This document shows positions 49,871 to 63,300 of a DNA stretch of 64,000 bases, piece by piece. Made by a program: the position numbers and the translations under genes. Each line of letters begins with the position of its first letter. Position 1 is the stretch's first letter. The notes beneath the pieces were generated by a model. The model had not been told where the DNA came from. It saw nothing but the letters and a program-made list of their open reading frames with translations, and ran no database searches. This stretch comes from Paragordius varius. Its lineage: Eukaryota > Animalia > Nematomorpha. The stretch is taken from NCBI GenBank assembly GCA_964247055.1, contig OZ176052.1:7378001-7442000 (forward strand). The letters run 5' to 3'.

Positions 49871-52800
49871 TATTTGATATCTATATATTTCCGATTTTTT
49901 TCACTTGTACAATGTTTTAAGAAAATATCATTGTGCGTGTACAGAACAATTAAAACACTCTAATATGTGTTCATATAAAATGTTAAAACCATTACCTTTT
50001 TGATGTAGTTTTATATAAAAGAGCAATTTCTAAATATCTTAAATTAAAGCTATGCCTAATTTGCATTTGCTCTTTAGTGTTTTGAATGTAAAATTGTAAA
50101 AAACATCACCTTATATGCCGCTATATTTATTTGAACTTTTATAAATCGCTAGTGCAACCAGCAAATAAATGCATATTATGGATCCCTGGATGTAAATAAT
50201 AAATTAAATAGTTTCAGGCTACATTTTATCAGCAAAAACTAGATATTTGATTTTCTATTTGTTTCAATTGTGTTTGGAGCTGTCCCAATTTTAAATTTTA
50301 TAAGTTACCAAAATGTAAAAATATAAGCTTTTATATCTTATATATATAAGAAATTTTATGATAATTAAATTTTAGCTAAAATAACTTTTAAAAGTAGTTT
50401 ATTTATAAAATTAAGCTCTTGTATATAAAATTTCCCCAAAATGTAAACAAAAAGTCAAAAGTGTTAAATTAACGAGTTTTCTTGTCATCTTACAAATTTA
50501 AATCTTAGTTTAAAATTATGATATTCATACATTCATAAAAAAATTTACACATTTTAAATTTCTACCTTTTACACATTTTTTAAATCCAGAATTCTATAAT
50601 TATCGGTAAAATATTTTTAATATATATTTTTGGAATATTTATATATGGATTATATAAATACCTTAGATAAATTAACTGTAAATTAAGTTTGACTTTTTGG
50701 CCAAAACCATTTAAATATTTAAAATTTTATATACTTTTTATATTTCTGAGAAAACCAACATAAGTATAATAATATCCGGCGCCAGTTGATATTTATGGTT
50801 TTTATATTGAATAATTTTAATTATTTTTTTACTAATTAATGATAGTAAATATTACAATACATTTATTTGTAAATCTTATCCCCTTCTGCTTTGTCCGTCA
50901 TAAAAAAGGAACAATTAAAAATTGATTAAATCTTTATTGAATGATTTTTAAATTTTAGTCAATGATTTTTTTAAAATTAACAATACTACTACTAATATTA
51001 TGTATTCCATCAACAGAGGTTATTATATTTTTAATTTATTATTTTTGAATTTCGTTGATGATATTATTTATAGTTGCAAAAAATCTTTACAGAACAGATT
51101 AATTTTTCATTGTTTTATCAAATATTTTTAAAATTATATTTAAACGTAATATTAGAAACAACTTTTTAAACTATAATTATTCACTTAACTTTTAATGTAA
51201 AATATCTATTTTTTATGAATAAAAAATTGATTGACCAAGATTTATATAATAAATGAACAATAGATTAAAATAAAAAGGTATATAATATTATTTGTTAGGT
51301 GTTATATGATTACTTTTCCAAAAGTTTGTTGCATCTATTGTTAATATATATCGTGTCGCGACAATTGTCGCCAATTCTATTTGGCTTTATCCTCTCCACT
51401 CTTCTCTTATTTCAGGTGGTCAAACAATGTATATATTGTATATACATTGTTTCTTAAGTAAATATAATCTTATCAATTTATTTCTTTAACGTACACACAT
51501 TATCTGATATTATAATTGTTGTTCAGATAAAAATGTATACATATAGCATAAAATTAGTAATATCTGTCAAGATATTTACAATTTTTATTAGAAAGGACGG
51601 GGTTTGGGGAGGCTGAATCGTATAAATTTGTTGTTTGTTTTTAAGAATTAAATTAATATCTGTTTTTAAATTTAGTAAATATATATTGATCATTATTCTT
51701 GGGAACATAGATGTATAAAAATAGCAAATTTTAACGTTAACGGCAATTATAAACGTAAAATTTTTCAATTTTTGTACTGCCTTTTAAATTTTAGATACAA
51801 TTAAAGCTTTCAATAATTTTTTGCGTGATAAATCTCTCCTACATTGATTTATAAACAATTGTTTCATTTAGGTTATTAACTATGATACACAAATATAATG
51901 TAAAAAAAAGAGGGGAACTATAAATTTTGGATGAATGCGATAGCGTCACTCTTCTCTCAAGGGGGCGCGACAGACTTTGTCCTTTTTTCAACCATTAAAA
52001 TCATTTTTTTCTTTTTGCGTGCTTGCGACATGAAAAATTGCATACGACCCCAGCTTTATTTTTAGATAGATTTTTAATCACATTTTTTTGGATAGTTTTT
52101 GTACACTCGTTTAGCATACTTTTTTAAATTTATAAACGTTATGTTAGGGATCGAACATGGAAGCATTGTTAGAAATATTGAGGTTTTATTGATTAAGAAT
52201 AGTCTAATATCTATGTGTGTTATATCATTTATTTGTTCATTTTTTTATAAAAAATGAAAATGGTTTGATTTTTAGCCTATCCTAATATTTATGCTTTCAA
52301 ATGAAATGCTATCATATAGGTGATCTTTAAGCATAATTTAAAAAAGCTATCATCAAGTCGTTGATCAGGCGGAAAATAGTCGTTTCAAGAAATGTCTTAA
52401 TTTTAAACTATATTGTAATTCCGTAATATAATGATAATTTTGCATAATATATAGAAAAATAAACTGAAAACATGATGTGATTTATAACCTTTGATAATAG
52501 CACTCATAGTTTAGTTTTGTTCTCGTGGTTTGGGGTTTTCACTTAACAATTTCACACATACTGTACTTTTGGGTATACATTCAGTGGGTAATATAAAATC
52601 AAAATGAATATTTTTTATTAAAACATTATCGATAAATACATATATTATTTTAAAATCGGTTTATTTTAATTACAATTTATACTATATGATTAATATGTGA
52701 GTGGTATTTTGCACCATATAAATAAATAATCATCTTTAGTTATATACATGAATCTTTTACAGTACCACAAACCACAGTATATTCATATTTTATCTGTTGC

Positions 52801-54886
52801 GCATATTTGTGGCGCTTCAATAATTTATTATTCGGTTAACTCATAAAAACTATGATTTTATTATATGGTTTGGATTTCTTGTAGATTTGTTGAATATAAA
52901 TAATGATAATTTTTTTCATATTTTTTATGGTTTTTTAATCTATGCCAAAAAAAGGTATATTATTTTTGTGGAAGCGAAGATTATTCAATTTTTTTATTAC
53001 ATTCCACATATGTCAAATTTAGTTTTACTCATGGTTCGGTAAAAATTATTTTATGATTTAAAATGTTTTGTGATTTTGCCAACAATACAGAGATATATAT
53101 AATAATTTAACAAAAATTGCATTTTTTTTCAAAATTTGTCTTTTTATTCTAGATGATATGATCAAATTTTGATTTGTGGCTTATGCAATTATTTAATTTA
53201 ACAACGCCTTAAAAAAAGCATTTTAGAGTTCTTTATCGATTGCTAAGTTAAGCCTCAAAGATTTAATTAAATGAGTCTTTACTTGCTATTTAACACATGG
53301 CGTACGATTTTGCAAAAGAAATTTTAAGAAAAAAATATTAAAATATCAACCAAATAGTTATCGTGAAAATCTTGAATTAAAACCAAATTTATTAAGCCAA
53401 AGTCCCGTCTTTTTACCGACATTTTAAATTAACTAACTTAAAGTTAGCTGTAAAATATTACAATATATAATTAATTTTAAACACGCAAAAATGTTCATTA
53501 CAGATTTTTTTAAAATTTAATTTTATTAAACTATATATTTAGCCGCCAAAGGTAATATGTAAGATTGACATGAAATCGATGTTTGGAATTTGTAATTCTC
53601 AAGATTCCCTGATCTTTTGATAATACATAATTCAATATTAGTATGCACCATCATGATTTGTACCATATAATCATGCTAATAAAAGGGGTCATTATTTTAA
53701 ATCATGCATGGTTCATTTATAGCGAAAACGTCTTAAAAGTATTATTTTGAACAACTTTTATATGTACATATAAAACAAGTATAAGGACGATTTAATGCTA
53801 GATATATACAGTATAATAATCAAGATTGTGTTTGTATAAATCATATGGGGGATATTATTAGCTAATTATTTTATGAATAATTCATGGGGTGCCACCACAC
53901 CAAATCTTAACATTTCTGGGTAATCTTGTTTTAGAAAATTTCTAAATGTTGCATTTACATGTGTGATATAGTGAGCCTACTTTTTTGGCCATTATATAGA
54001 TTACATTTATATAAAAGGATTTTTTTTCATGTTTACATTAAAATTAGGTAATTTAAATCATATATACTATTATTGGTATATGGCATTACTGATTTAAAAT
54101 TGGACGTGTAGAATCAATACAATTTAAAGCGTTTTTTTTTGTTTTGAATTGCGTGCAATCCCAAAAGATTTATGACACACGTGTGAAGGGACAACTCTAA
54201 ATAATAGGATATTAAATTGCGAAGCATTTTACTTAAAAATATTGGCTTCTATTCTCGAAAAATTATTAATATAGCGATATAAATCTTTTAATACTGATTT
54301 ACCACACTTGGTCAAAAATCTCTTTAACTTTCAAAATAATTTAAATTTTAATTCTGTAAAGTTAAGCTAAATTATCAACTCAATATACAGTGACGTATAG
54401 TAAAAAACTATAAACGCTCCAAATTCAACAATTTTTCCCATACTTTAACATTGATTTTGTTCATTTAATTTTGGACAAGTTTTTTCGATACCATTCACTA
54501 CTGTATAGTGTTAAATTAATTTTACTCGTTCATTTCGTATAATTTTTTTGAGGTAGATGGATTTCTAGAAACATTGTTAGCTATAAATAAGCATAATAAT
54601 CCCTTGAGAATTTGTATGTGATTAAAAAATAATTTTTTGTGTTAGTTTGTTAAGAAATAAGTTTTTTCTCTCATTTATTTGAGCAAACTAATCAAAAAAG
54701 TTGTTTTATTTATTACTAAATTTGTCCTTACTTGGAAGAACACACATTCATATTGATTTATTATTCTAATTAAGAATATATCCCTGAAGCCTAAAAAATT
54801 TTGGAATGATTTTAAAATATTATTATTATTATTTGTTCGAAAATGTGCAATAGATTTTCTAGATAATATATAGAATTGGTTTAAAG

Positions 54887-55189
54887 CAGGGATGGTCTAC
54901 AAGCGGCCAGCGAACAAATTAAAATCCCCAATTTACAAAAACATGCTTTACAAGATTATAGTAAAATTGATCTTTTTTAGACATATTTTTGCTACTAAGT
55001 CTATTCAAATATCAAGCACGAGAAAAAATTGTTACATACCGTTTTCATTTTGCAGTCGTAGTTTGTAATCTAAGTAATAATTTATGAATGCCCATATATA
55101 TATATATATATATATATTTGAAATGCGGCCCGCCTAAATTTTTTAGCTAAAAATTCGGCCTGCGAAGCCATTTGTGTTGGACAGCCCTG
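54887..55189. mobile_element. hAT (Buster-like) MITE
   Basis: CAGGGATGGTCTAC ... GTTGGACAGCCCTG; TSD GTTTAAAG vs GTTGAAAG (7/8); internal GCGGCCCGC motif. Confidence 0.78.
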
Positions 55190-56474
55190 GTTGAAAGTTT
55201 AAACTAACCGAAAGTGTCGATTTAATATATATAAATCTCGGCCAAAAACTTTATTATGTATTGATCGACCTTAAACCAGGGATTCCAATTTTCTTTCGGA
55301 ACTAAGGACAATAGATTGACAATAAATGCTATTAGTGTATATGTAAAATTTTAATAAATTTCTTCTAACAAATTTGTTAATTATTTCTTTTTTTCTAAAA
55401 GCTATAAGTAGCTTACATAAAAACCATAATATTACAGCAATTAATCATATTTCCCATTACTTTACTAACTTACTAATTAATTTTTTGTTTTGTAATATGG
55501 TATTATATTACTTTTAACTGTGTACTCACTTATTATTATTATTATTATATGAGAGGTCAGTTTCATTATTTATTATATTATTATATTTTTAACCATTCCG
55601 CACATTCCTCCAGTATCAATATATAATGTTTGTGTGTTAAATGGCGAATCATTTTTTTCTAGAGTCATTAACCCCATATGTAATTTATATTGATAATAAT
55701 ATATTTTTGAATCAAACTATATCATCATATATTTTAACTAACAGATTAAATTGTAGGTTTAAGATTAATCATTATAGAGAATATTTCAAAAAATCTAAAT
55801 TTATTATTTGTAAATGGTGAAAAGTGGTATTAAGTTAAATTTTTTTATATGTAAATTTTTAACTAAGACGTATGCATAAACTTTATTATCCTATCTTTAA
55901 TAGATACATACTTATTTTTTTTACTTTTTAGCGGTGTTTCGGTTTAATTCTTTAATGTTTCAAAAAGATTTTTATAAAAAATTGTTAAATTTTGCTTCTG
56001 CATACCTGACAACATGAAATTCTTAAGGCTTAAATTTATAAAGTAATATGATAATGAATAAACATAAATTTTATTAAAAATTGCCAGCTAGCTTTTCTTA
56101 TTATAAAGGGATCTTAATTTGTTAACCAATGCAACTGTTTTTCGCATCTTATTGTCAAATATTCTTTTTGTTATGTATAGTAAATTTATTCCATCTTCTG
56201 GAAATTAAAATGCGTCTTACTTCATCTTACAGATAACATTTTTAATTAAATTAATTTTAATTTTTATGTGCATTAATATAAATACGTAATTTAACATTCA
56301 TTGGTGAATAGACAAGAAAACAATTGTGATTTGAACAAATTTTAACTCTATTAACCAATTTTGGTTCCATTATAACCATTATAATACATGGTAGTTCACT
56401 ATATTAACATGTGTAAAAGGTTTTTATATATGTGCTATAAAGTAAATTAATTAAATTAAAACATTCTTTATTTA

Positions 56475-56638
56475 CAGTAGCATATGACATAAAACATAAT
56501 TAGTCCATAAAAGAATAAAAAATGGTTTTTTTTAAAAAAAGCCTAGTTGTATATGCACTTCATAATATCCCCTTGTTTTTTTTTAAAAAAACATTTTTCA
56601 TTTTATGGACTAATATTGTTTTATGCCATACGCTACTG
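56475..56638. mobile_element. Tc1/mariner-like palindromic MITE
   Basis: TA|CAGTAGCATATGACATAAAAC..ATTAGTCCATAAAA ... TTTTATGGACTAAT..GTTTTATGCCATACGCTACTG|TA. Confidence 0.8.
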
Positions 56639-57379
56639 TATACCATACAATTCATTTAATATATAATAACTAATAATATCATGTCCCTTTTACTAATCTC
56701 TTAATAAGATATATCATATTAGCACAAATTTTTTTTAATTTAATTAGATAATCCATTTATCGATCTTCCTATATATATCTATATATATGGATTTTATTTT
56801 TTTTCTTGTTTAAAAAGTATATTGTATACTATTGTAAATTTTTATTTAAAATATTTATATATATATATATATATATATCCATCGAAGGCGATGACAGGAA
56901 ATAGATATAAGTTTGTTGAATTAATTCTAATTAATATTCAAAATAAAGAAAGATCTTAAAAATGATAAATTAATTTTTTCTCATCATACTATATGTTTAA
57001 AAAATATAGCGATATCTAGTCTAAGAAATTCGATTAATAATATTGTACCTGTTAAAAGATACATTTTATTTATAATCTCCCTTTGTCTATCAGAGAGTTT
57101 GTAATATATCAATAATCCATAAAATATATTGTTTATGATTGATTTATCGATAATTTAATTTTTAAAATATATATTTAAATTTTAAATTCGAGGACCGTTT
57201 TTATACCATTAACATTCGAATTAAATAAAATTCGTCTTTTATCTAATATAACAAACACTTGTAACTTGTCATGTGATAAAAAAAATTGTTAAATTTTTTA
57301 CACTATATGTAAATTTGCCATTACAATATAGATTGTTTTTACAACACGAAAAAACAGCCTTCATTAAATTTTGCAAAGT

Positions 57380-58070
57380 TTAGTAGAATGGTTGAAATTT
57401 TTGGAATTGGCAAAATCATTCTATAATTCACCAAAGAATAATAATGTATAACATTCATTGTTAAATCCTTAATCCATATCTCATCCAAAAGCTTACTTAA
57501 CCAAACTCTTTAATCAATGAGAATTATTAATTAGGAGAAAACCTTGAGAACATTTTGAAAGCTTATGCAAAAAGCACCATTCAAAATTGTTTTATAATAT
57601 TTTTGAGTAATGTCCAAGCCTAAAATGGTAACTTTTCGCGTTAAAAGTCAAATTACGAATTATACATTTTTTTGTCCAATGAAGATCCATTGTTCCACGG
57701 ACCATTATGGTTGTGTTGAAACCAATTTCCACATTTATTAAAGTGGCCACAAGTTAGTTGTTGGAAAAATTATTTTTACAAAAATTCAGAAACTAACGAA
57801 TTATGGCTTCTTCGTTTTGTCGAAATGACCTAATTTATATTCAAATTTGGTATCACATTATTACATTCTTCTTTGGTGTTGTGTTAAAAAGTTGGTTTTT
57901 TCATCACACCATCACCAGTTATAACGGTTACTGTGTCAATGCTTTGGATAATCCTACAACCTTATGGCATGACCAAAAACAAAATGGCCAGTTTATTCAA
58001 AGAATAATACCTAATTCACCGAAGGAAGAAAATAAAGTTTTATCAGGTTTGCTTTTACTCTGTTATGTAT
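57380..58070 (+). mobile_element. Possible degraded BEL/Pao LTR-retrotransposon pol remnant
   Basis: One frame reads LFHGPLWL..KWP (cf. LWW-x-GP-x-WL...WP), WLLRF and *YLIHRRKKIK..C (cf. YWI-x-x-x-R-x-x-VK-x-x-x-x-x-C), with several stops; no LTRs seen. Confidence 0.35.
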
Positions 58071-58913
58071 ATAATTGGGACTTATATTAAAAAATAACAA
58101 TCTATCATATATAAATAACAATTATATCTTTTAGTTTATAATAATTATTTTCATAACCTTTGATTTAAGCAAAGTGGTTTTGTGAGAAAGAAGTGTATAA
58201 CCGTATTAAAATAAATTTCACTTTAAACTCTCATGTTGAATAAAATTGCCCATTTTTTGCCAACCAAAAAAAACGGAATATTTTATGAAAACCCATTTTT
58301 AGTACAAACATTACGCATTGGGAATTCAAATTTTTAGATAGTCTGTGTGCAATATTTAATTCATTTTTTATCGATTTCATGATCGTAGTTATGCGCTATT
58401 GTATGTGTTTAAAAATTTATTTTTATTTTATTAGACTTTTTCTTTTCTAGCAAGCATACACCTCTACTGCTTTAAATAGTTGCAATAAAGCGTGTCGGCA
58501 TTTTTAAAAACTTTTAAGGGATTATATATGTAATGGTGTTTATTGTGGTAAAGCATTTAATTTAATTTTATAATAAAACTTTATATATATATATATTAAA
58601 AAATTAAATTTCTTAGCTTCTGATCACAATTATAAGAACTACAAATTAATTTAAAGCTAATAATTTTTATTGTGTGTGCATTATTACATTATGTGTTATT
58701 TTTAATGTAATTTAACGCTCAATTAAATCTCATCTAATTTTTCCATAATATTAATATTTAATATTGGCAAACTGTTATTTGAAAAAAAATTATCACAGTG
58801 TGCTGAATTCATAATTTAATGGCGCTCTTAAAATAATTAAAGTTAATTACAGTAATTAATTAGGATGTGTTAATTTAACAATCTATTAAAATATTATTTC
58901 AGTATTTGCCACA

Positions 58914-60131
58914 TCTATATATTTATAAAAATGGAAAAATGCTGGCTTTGTGATCTGGTACAGGAAAACCGGTAGACCCAATCAAATCCAAATATCGAAA
59001 AAATATAATCATTAATAAATGTCCCGACAATAGCTTCGCCCTTTTTTTGAAATAGGCTCCCAGTTCGGGCCCACCCCGTATGAAAAACGGGTTTTTTTTG
59101 AAAACAGAAGTCCACAAAATCGTGTTTTTGAGACAATTTTCCGGAGTACGTGTTGGACCATTCAATTTCAAATATAATTTTTGTTTACTTATTTTCGATT
59201 GCGCCGAACATAGTCGAGCCACATTTTTGATTTAGGCCCTCTTTTTACCCGCTCCCCCCGTAAAATGCCATTTTTTTCAAAAAACAAAGTCCACAAAAAT
59301 AATTTTCTAAATCGATTTTTCGCCCTAGGTATGAGACCGTAAAAATTCAATAAAGATTCCACGTATTCCCTGTTAAAAGGCAAAAATTTTAGTCCACCGT
59401 TTATTTAATGATAGCTGCTGGGTAAGGAGCTACCCGCTAAAAACTGATTTTTCATATAACTTTGTGAACTGTTTCCGGAAAACCGGTGATCCCAATCAAA
59501 TCCAAATATCGAAAAAATATAATCATTAATGAATGCCCCGACAATAGCTTCGCCCTTTTTTGGAATTAGGTCCCCAGTTCGGGCCCACCCCGTGTGAAAA
59601 TTGGGTTAAGTCAATTTTTTGGAGAACGTGTTGGACCATTCAATTTCAAATATGAATTTTGTTTACTTATTTTTGATCGCGCTGAACATAGTCGAGTCAC
59701 TTTTTTGATTTAGGCCCTCTTTTTACCCGCTACCCCCGTAAAATGCCATTTTTTTTCAAAAAAAAAAACAAAGTCCACAAAAATATTTTTTTGATTGTAT
59801 TTTTTTGTCCACGGTATGAGACTGTAAAAATTCGAGAAAGATTTTTCGTATTGCCTGTTAAAAGGCAAAAATTTTAGTCAAGCGTTTCTTTGATGATAGA
59901 TGCTGAGTAAGGAGTATCTATCATATGCATAGCATGTTAAAAGATATATGGATATTAATACATTATTATCCTCATCTATATATTTATAAAAATGGAAAAT
60001 GCTGGCTTTGTGATCTGGTACAGGAAAAACGGTAGACCCATTCAAATCCAAACTTCGATCCCCCCCCTCCCCCCCCCCCAGAAGTCCGAAGGACTTCCTC
60101 GGGCTGCGTAGCAGCACGAGATTCACGCTAG
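58914..60131 (+). mobile_element. Non-autonomous Helitron, composite copy R3
   Basis: A|TC start at 58914, CTAG|T end at 60131, double terminal hairpin, two about 514-bp internal units, internal second 5' end at 59975. Confidence 0.88.
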
Positions 60132-60301
60132 TATTTTATAAAATTGAATATTCCTTAAAGAATGAATCATTTCATATAAAATATACTCAGTTTTTTTTCA
60201 AAAATGAAAATCCATAAAATCCTAAATAACGCTATCGTTATCTACTTTATTTAGGGATGGTTTAATTGTATGCCTAAATATTATTTCCTGTGTATGCTTT
60301 A

Positions 60302-63300
60302 GAAAACCTTAATGTGCCGACATTCACACCAAATGCCTTTTCAAATGTCTCTACAACTGTAATAACACTCTGGCCTGGTCGTCGGACCCCAATTGTCCTT
60401 GAATGTCCTTTCAAAAATTCAGAGATTAACACAACAATTTACGAATGGAACAAAGATGGCACAATATTGGAATCATCTTTTTTATTACGTTACGGGTTAT
60501 TATTTATAACCACAATAAGTTTATATATATACAATGTTTCACAGTTGTTTTCTTTATATACACTTGTTAAAAATTAGTGAACAAACTTTTTTTAATTATA
60601 TTAAGCAAGATTGATTTTAAGTTACGTGGTAGAATGACTAAATTTTCTATTGTTACTTTGTCGCATATCTCAAGAGTTATTAATATTATTATTTAACTGA
60701 ATATTACATGTTGAAATTACTAAAACAAATTGTTGATTAGTTGATGCATTTTATATATCCATTATAGGGGATTAAATATTTTCCTCAAATATACTTATTA
60801 TAATTTATTATTCATATTACATTGGCCAACTTTTCTTACAAATGCATTTACTAACCAATTTCCGTAAAAAGTTTTTTAGCATGCGATATTTAGGCTAAAT
60901 GAGACAAATTTTTTATTTGAGCTCATTAAAGTTTAGAACAAGCTTAAAACGATCTTGAATAAATTAGCGTTAAAACAACAAGTTTTTGGCCTTGTTGTAG
61001 CCGTTTAATAATTAAAAACTTTCTTTTTAAGTAATCTTTCGCAATCCTATGATTTATGGTAGTTAAATTTGTTTATGTAAATTGGTTAAACTCATAGGAT
61101 GAATGAAGTAAATTCGATTTTTATTAATAATTATTTTTAGTATGACGGTATCATCGGATGGATCACTATCGATAAAATTACCCAATATTCCCAATCAACT
61201 TTTGAGCCCATTGTCAGGGACATACAGTTGTTTCGTCTACTACAATAATTACAAAATTTTGGGCCCCCGATATAAATTAACCCAAATTGGTAAATTTTCA
61301 CAAATAGTTTTTCAGAGTATATAATATATATAATATAATTTATAGAATAAAAATTTAAAATTGCAATATATTTTATACATTTTTAGATATTGGACCGATA
61401 CTCAATCCTAACAAATTTTTAAATATTACCTCCAATATAAATCAAATGCTTAAGAATGATGCAGACACTTCATCATCAGTATTATATCCGATCTATTGCA
61501 TGGTTGATGTTAAGACTCAAATCCCAATTCAAACCTTTATTACAAGTAGTAATATTAATGATGGTGAAACATCGGATGATTTTCATATTTTGGATTCGCT
61601 TATCACCATAAAATGGTATGAAAAAACTTTACACGAACCTGATCACCTCCTTATTAACAACATTTATGATCTTAATTCCATTTCAAGTAAACAACGACCA
61701 CAGTTTATCACATCGACCGACAATTTCTATTATCATTATAAAGTTAATATGGATAAATTTAATACATTGGGTGGTATTTTGTTTGTTCCATCCATTTCCC
61801 ACAAAACTTATGCCTGCCATATTGAGTTTCAAGGGAAAATTGTCAAGAGCACTGGAATCTATATTCCATCATCTTTATCCATACCCGATACTGACCTGAC
61901 GCCACCAAGATTTTTGGTCCGACCAAATGATATCAAACTTTACATGCATGAAAGTAACATCAAACCATTGCTTATCTCGTTTTTAAGGGTAAACATGTAC
62001 AAAAAACAAGTCCTACATCATCAAATATCGTTGGCATGTCAAGTGACGGGAAACCCCGCACCCAATATAATATGGTTAAAGAATGGACTTGAATTACACG
62101 TGTATCGCATTGACCAAAATAATAATAATTACTCCGGCATAATAAACTCATCCAAATATGTTTCCTTTGAGGATATATCTAATTCCTTATCCGTCCTTTA
62201 TGTTAATCATATTGATGTCCATGATTCTGGTATTTATACGTGTCGGGCTAGCAATACAGAAGATTCAATTGATGCCACTGCTATGGTTAAAATATTTACG
62301 GCTCCCGTGTTATTGCACAAGCCACCAAATATTATTACCCTTGGGCCCAAAGAAGACGCCCTCCTGAATTGTATAGCGATTGGAAACCCTAGACCTCAAA
62401 TAACGTGGTATAAGAATGGGAAATCTATAATGTCTTTAGTGTCGGACACTACTGATGTTATTAGAGAATCAAAAAACGATGTAAACATTGATAATAGGAT
62501 AAATCCATTTTACTTGACGCAATACTATCAACAAATGTTTGCATTTCACTTCAATGATACCATTTTAGCCGGTATAAATTATTTGATAGAGCACACGGTT
62601 AGCAGTCGATTACATATTTTGGGTGCTGTGCCGAACGATGCAGGTATCTATCAATGTATGGTGCATGATAAAAGAGATGACAGATATACAATTGAAGATT
62701 CTATCATTTTCAGAGATCAAGCATTGACACACGTTGTATATAAAATTAACGCAAATGTAACACGCGCTAACGAACTTAAATCTTATAATGGGCCTCTAAT
62801 GTCTTTACATAGAGTAGTTAACCATAATACACCGATTCTAACTCTGTTAAAATCAACTAGCGATACTGTTTTGTTACAATGGTCTGTACCCCTTTTCATC
62901 CAAAATCTTTGTATATCATACGGCAGAGTGGGTAGTTCCAGTAACACTTTGAAATCCATTGCAAATCACACTGAATTGAGCGGACAAGTTTGGATAAAAC
63001 ATTTGGAACCTGATACGGAATATTCTTTTCAACTTTCAAGTATGAATGAAAAGTCTGAAAAATTGTTGTTGATGAACCTTAATACCACACGGGTATTCAT
63101 TAAAACACCAAAGCTTATCAGCAATCTTGTTTCTCATTCACCATCTTCATTACCTACTTTTGTTGATGAGCAACCAATCCCTACCAATCTAAAGGCGTGG
63201 CCAACATCCAGTACATCAATTAAAATTACTTGGGAACCACCAGTAATGTCAAACGCCCCGGATGAACAAAAATATATTTACACAGTTTACATAAAAAAGT

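Noticed and set aside
53830-53925. NNSWG motif suggesting a papain-like protease exon
   Set aside because: Isolated short match with no catalytic Cys or His exons nearby.
44592-60131. 1.2-kb inverted repeats 13 kb apart as TIRs of a giant transposon
   Set aside because: Both are copies of a Helitron family with TC/CTAG ends that also occurs at 46403-48159; no TSD or cargo transposase.
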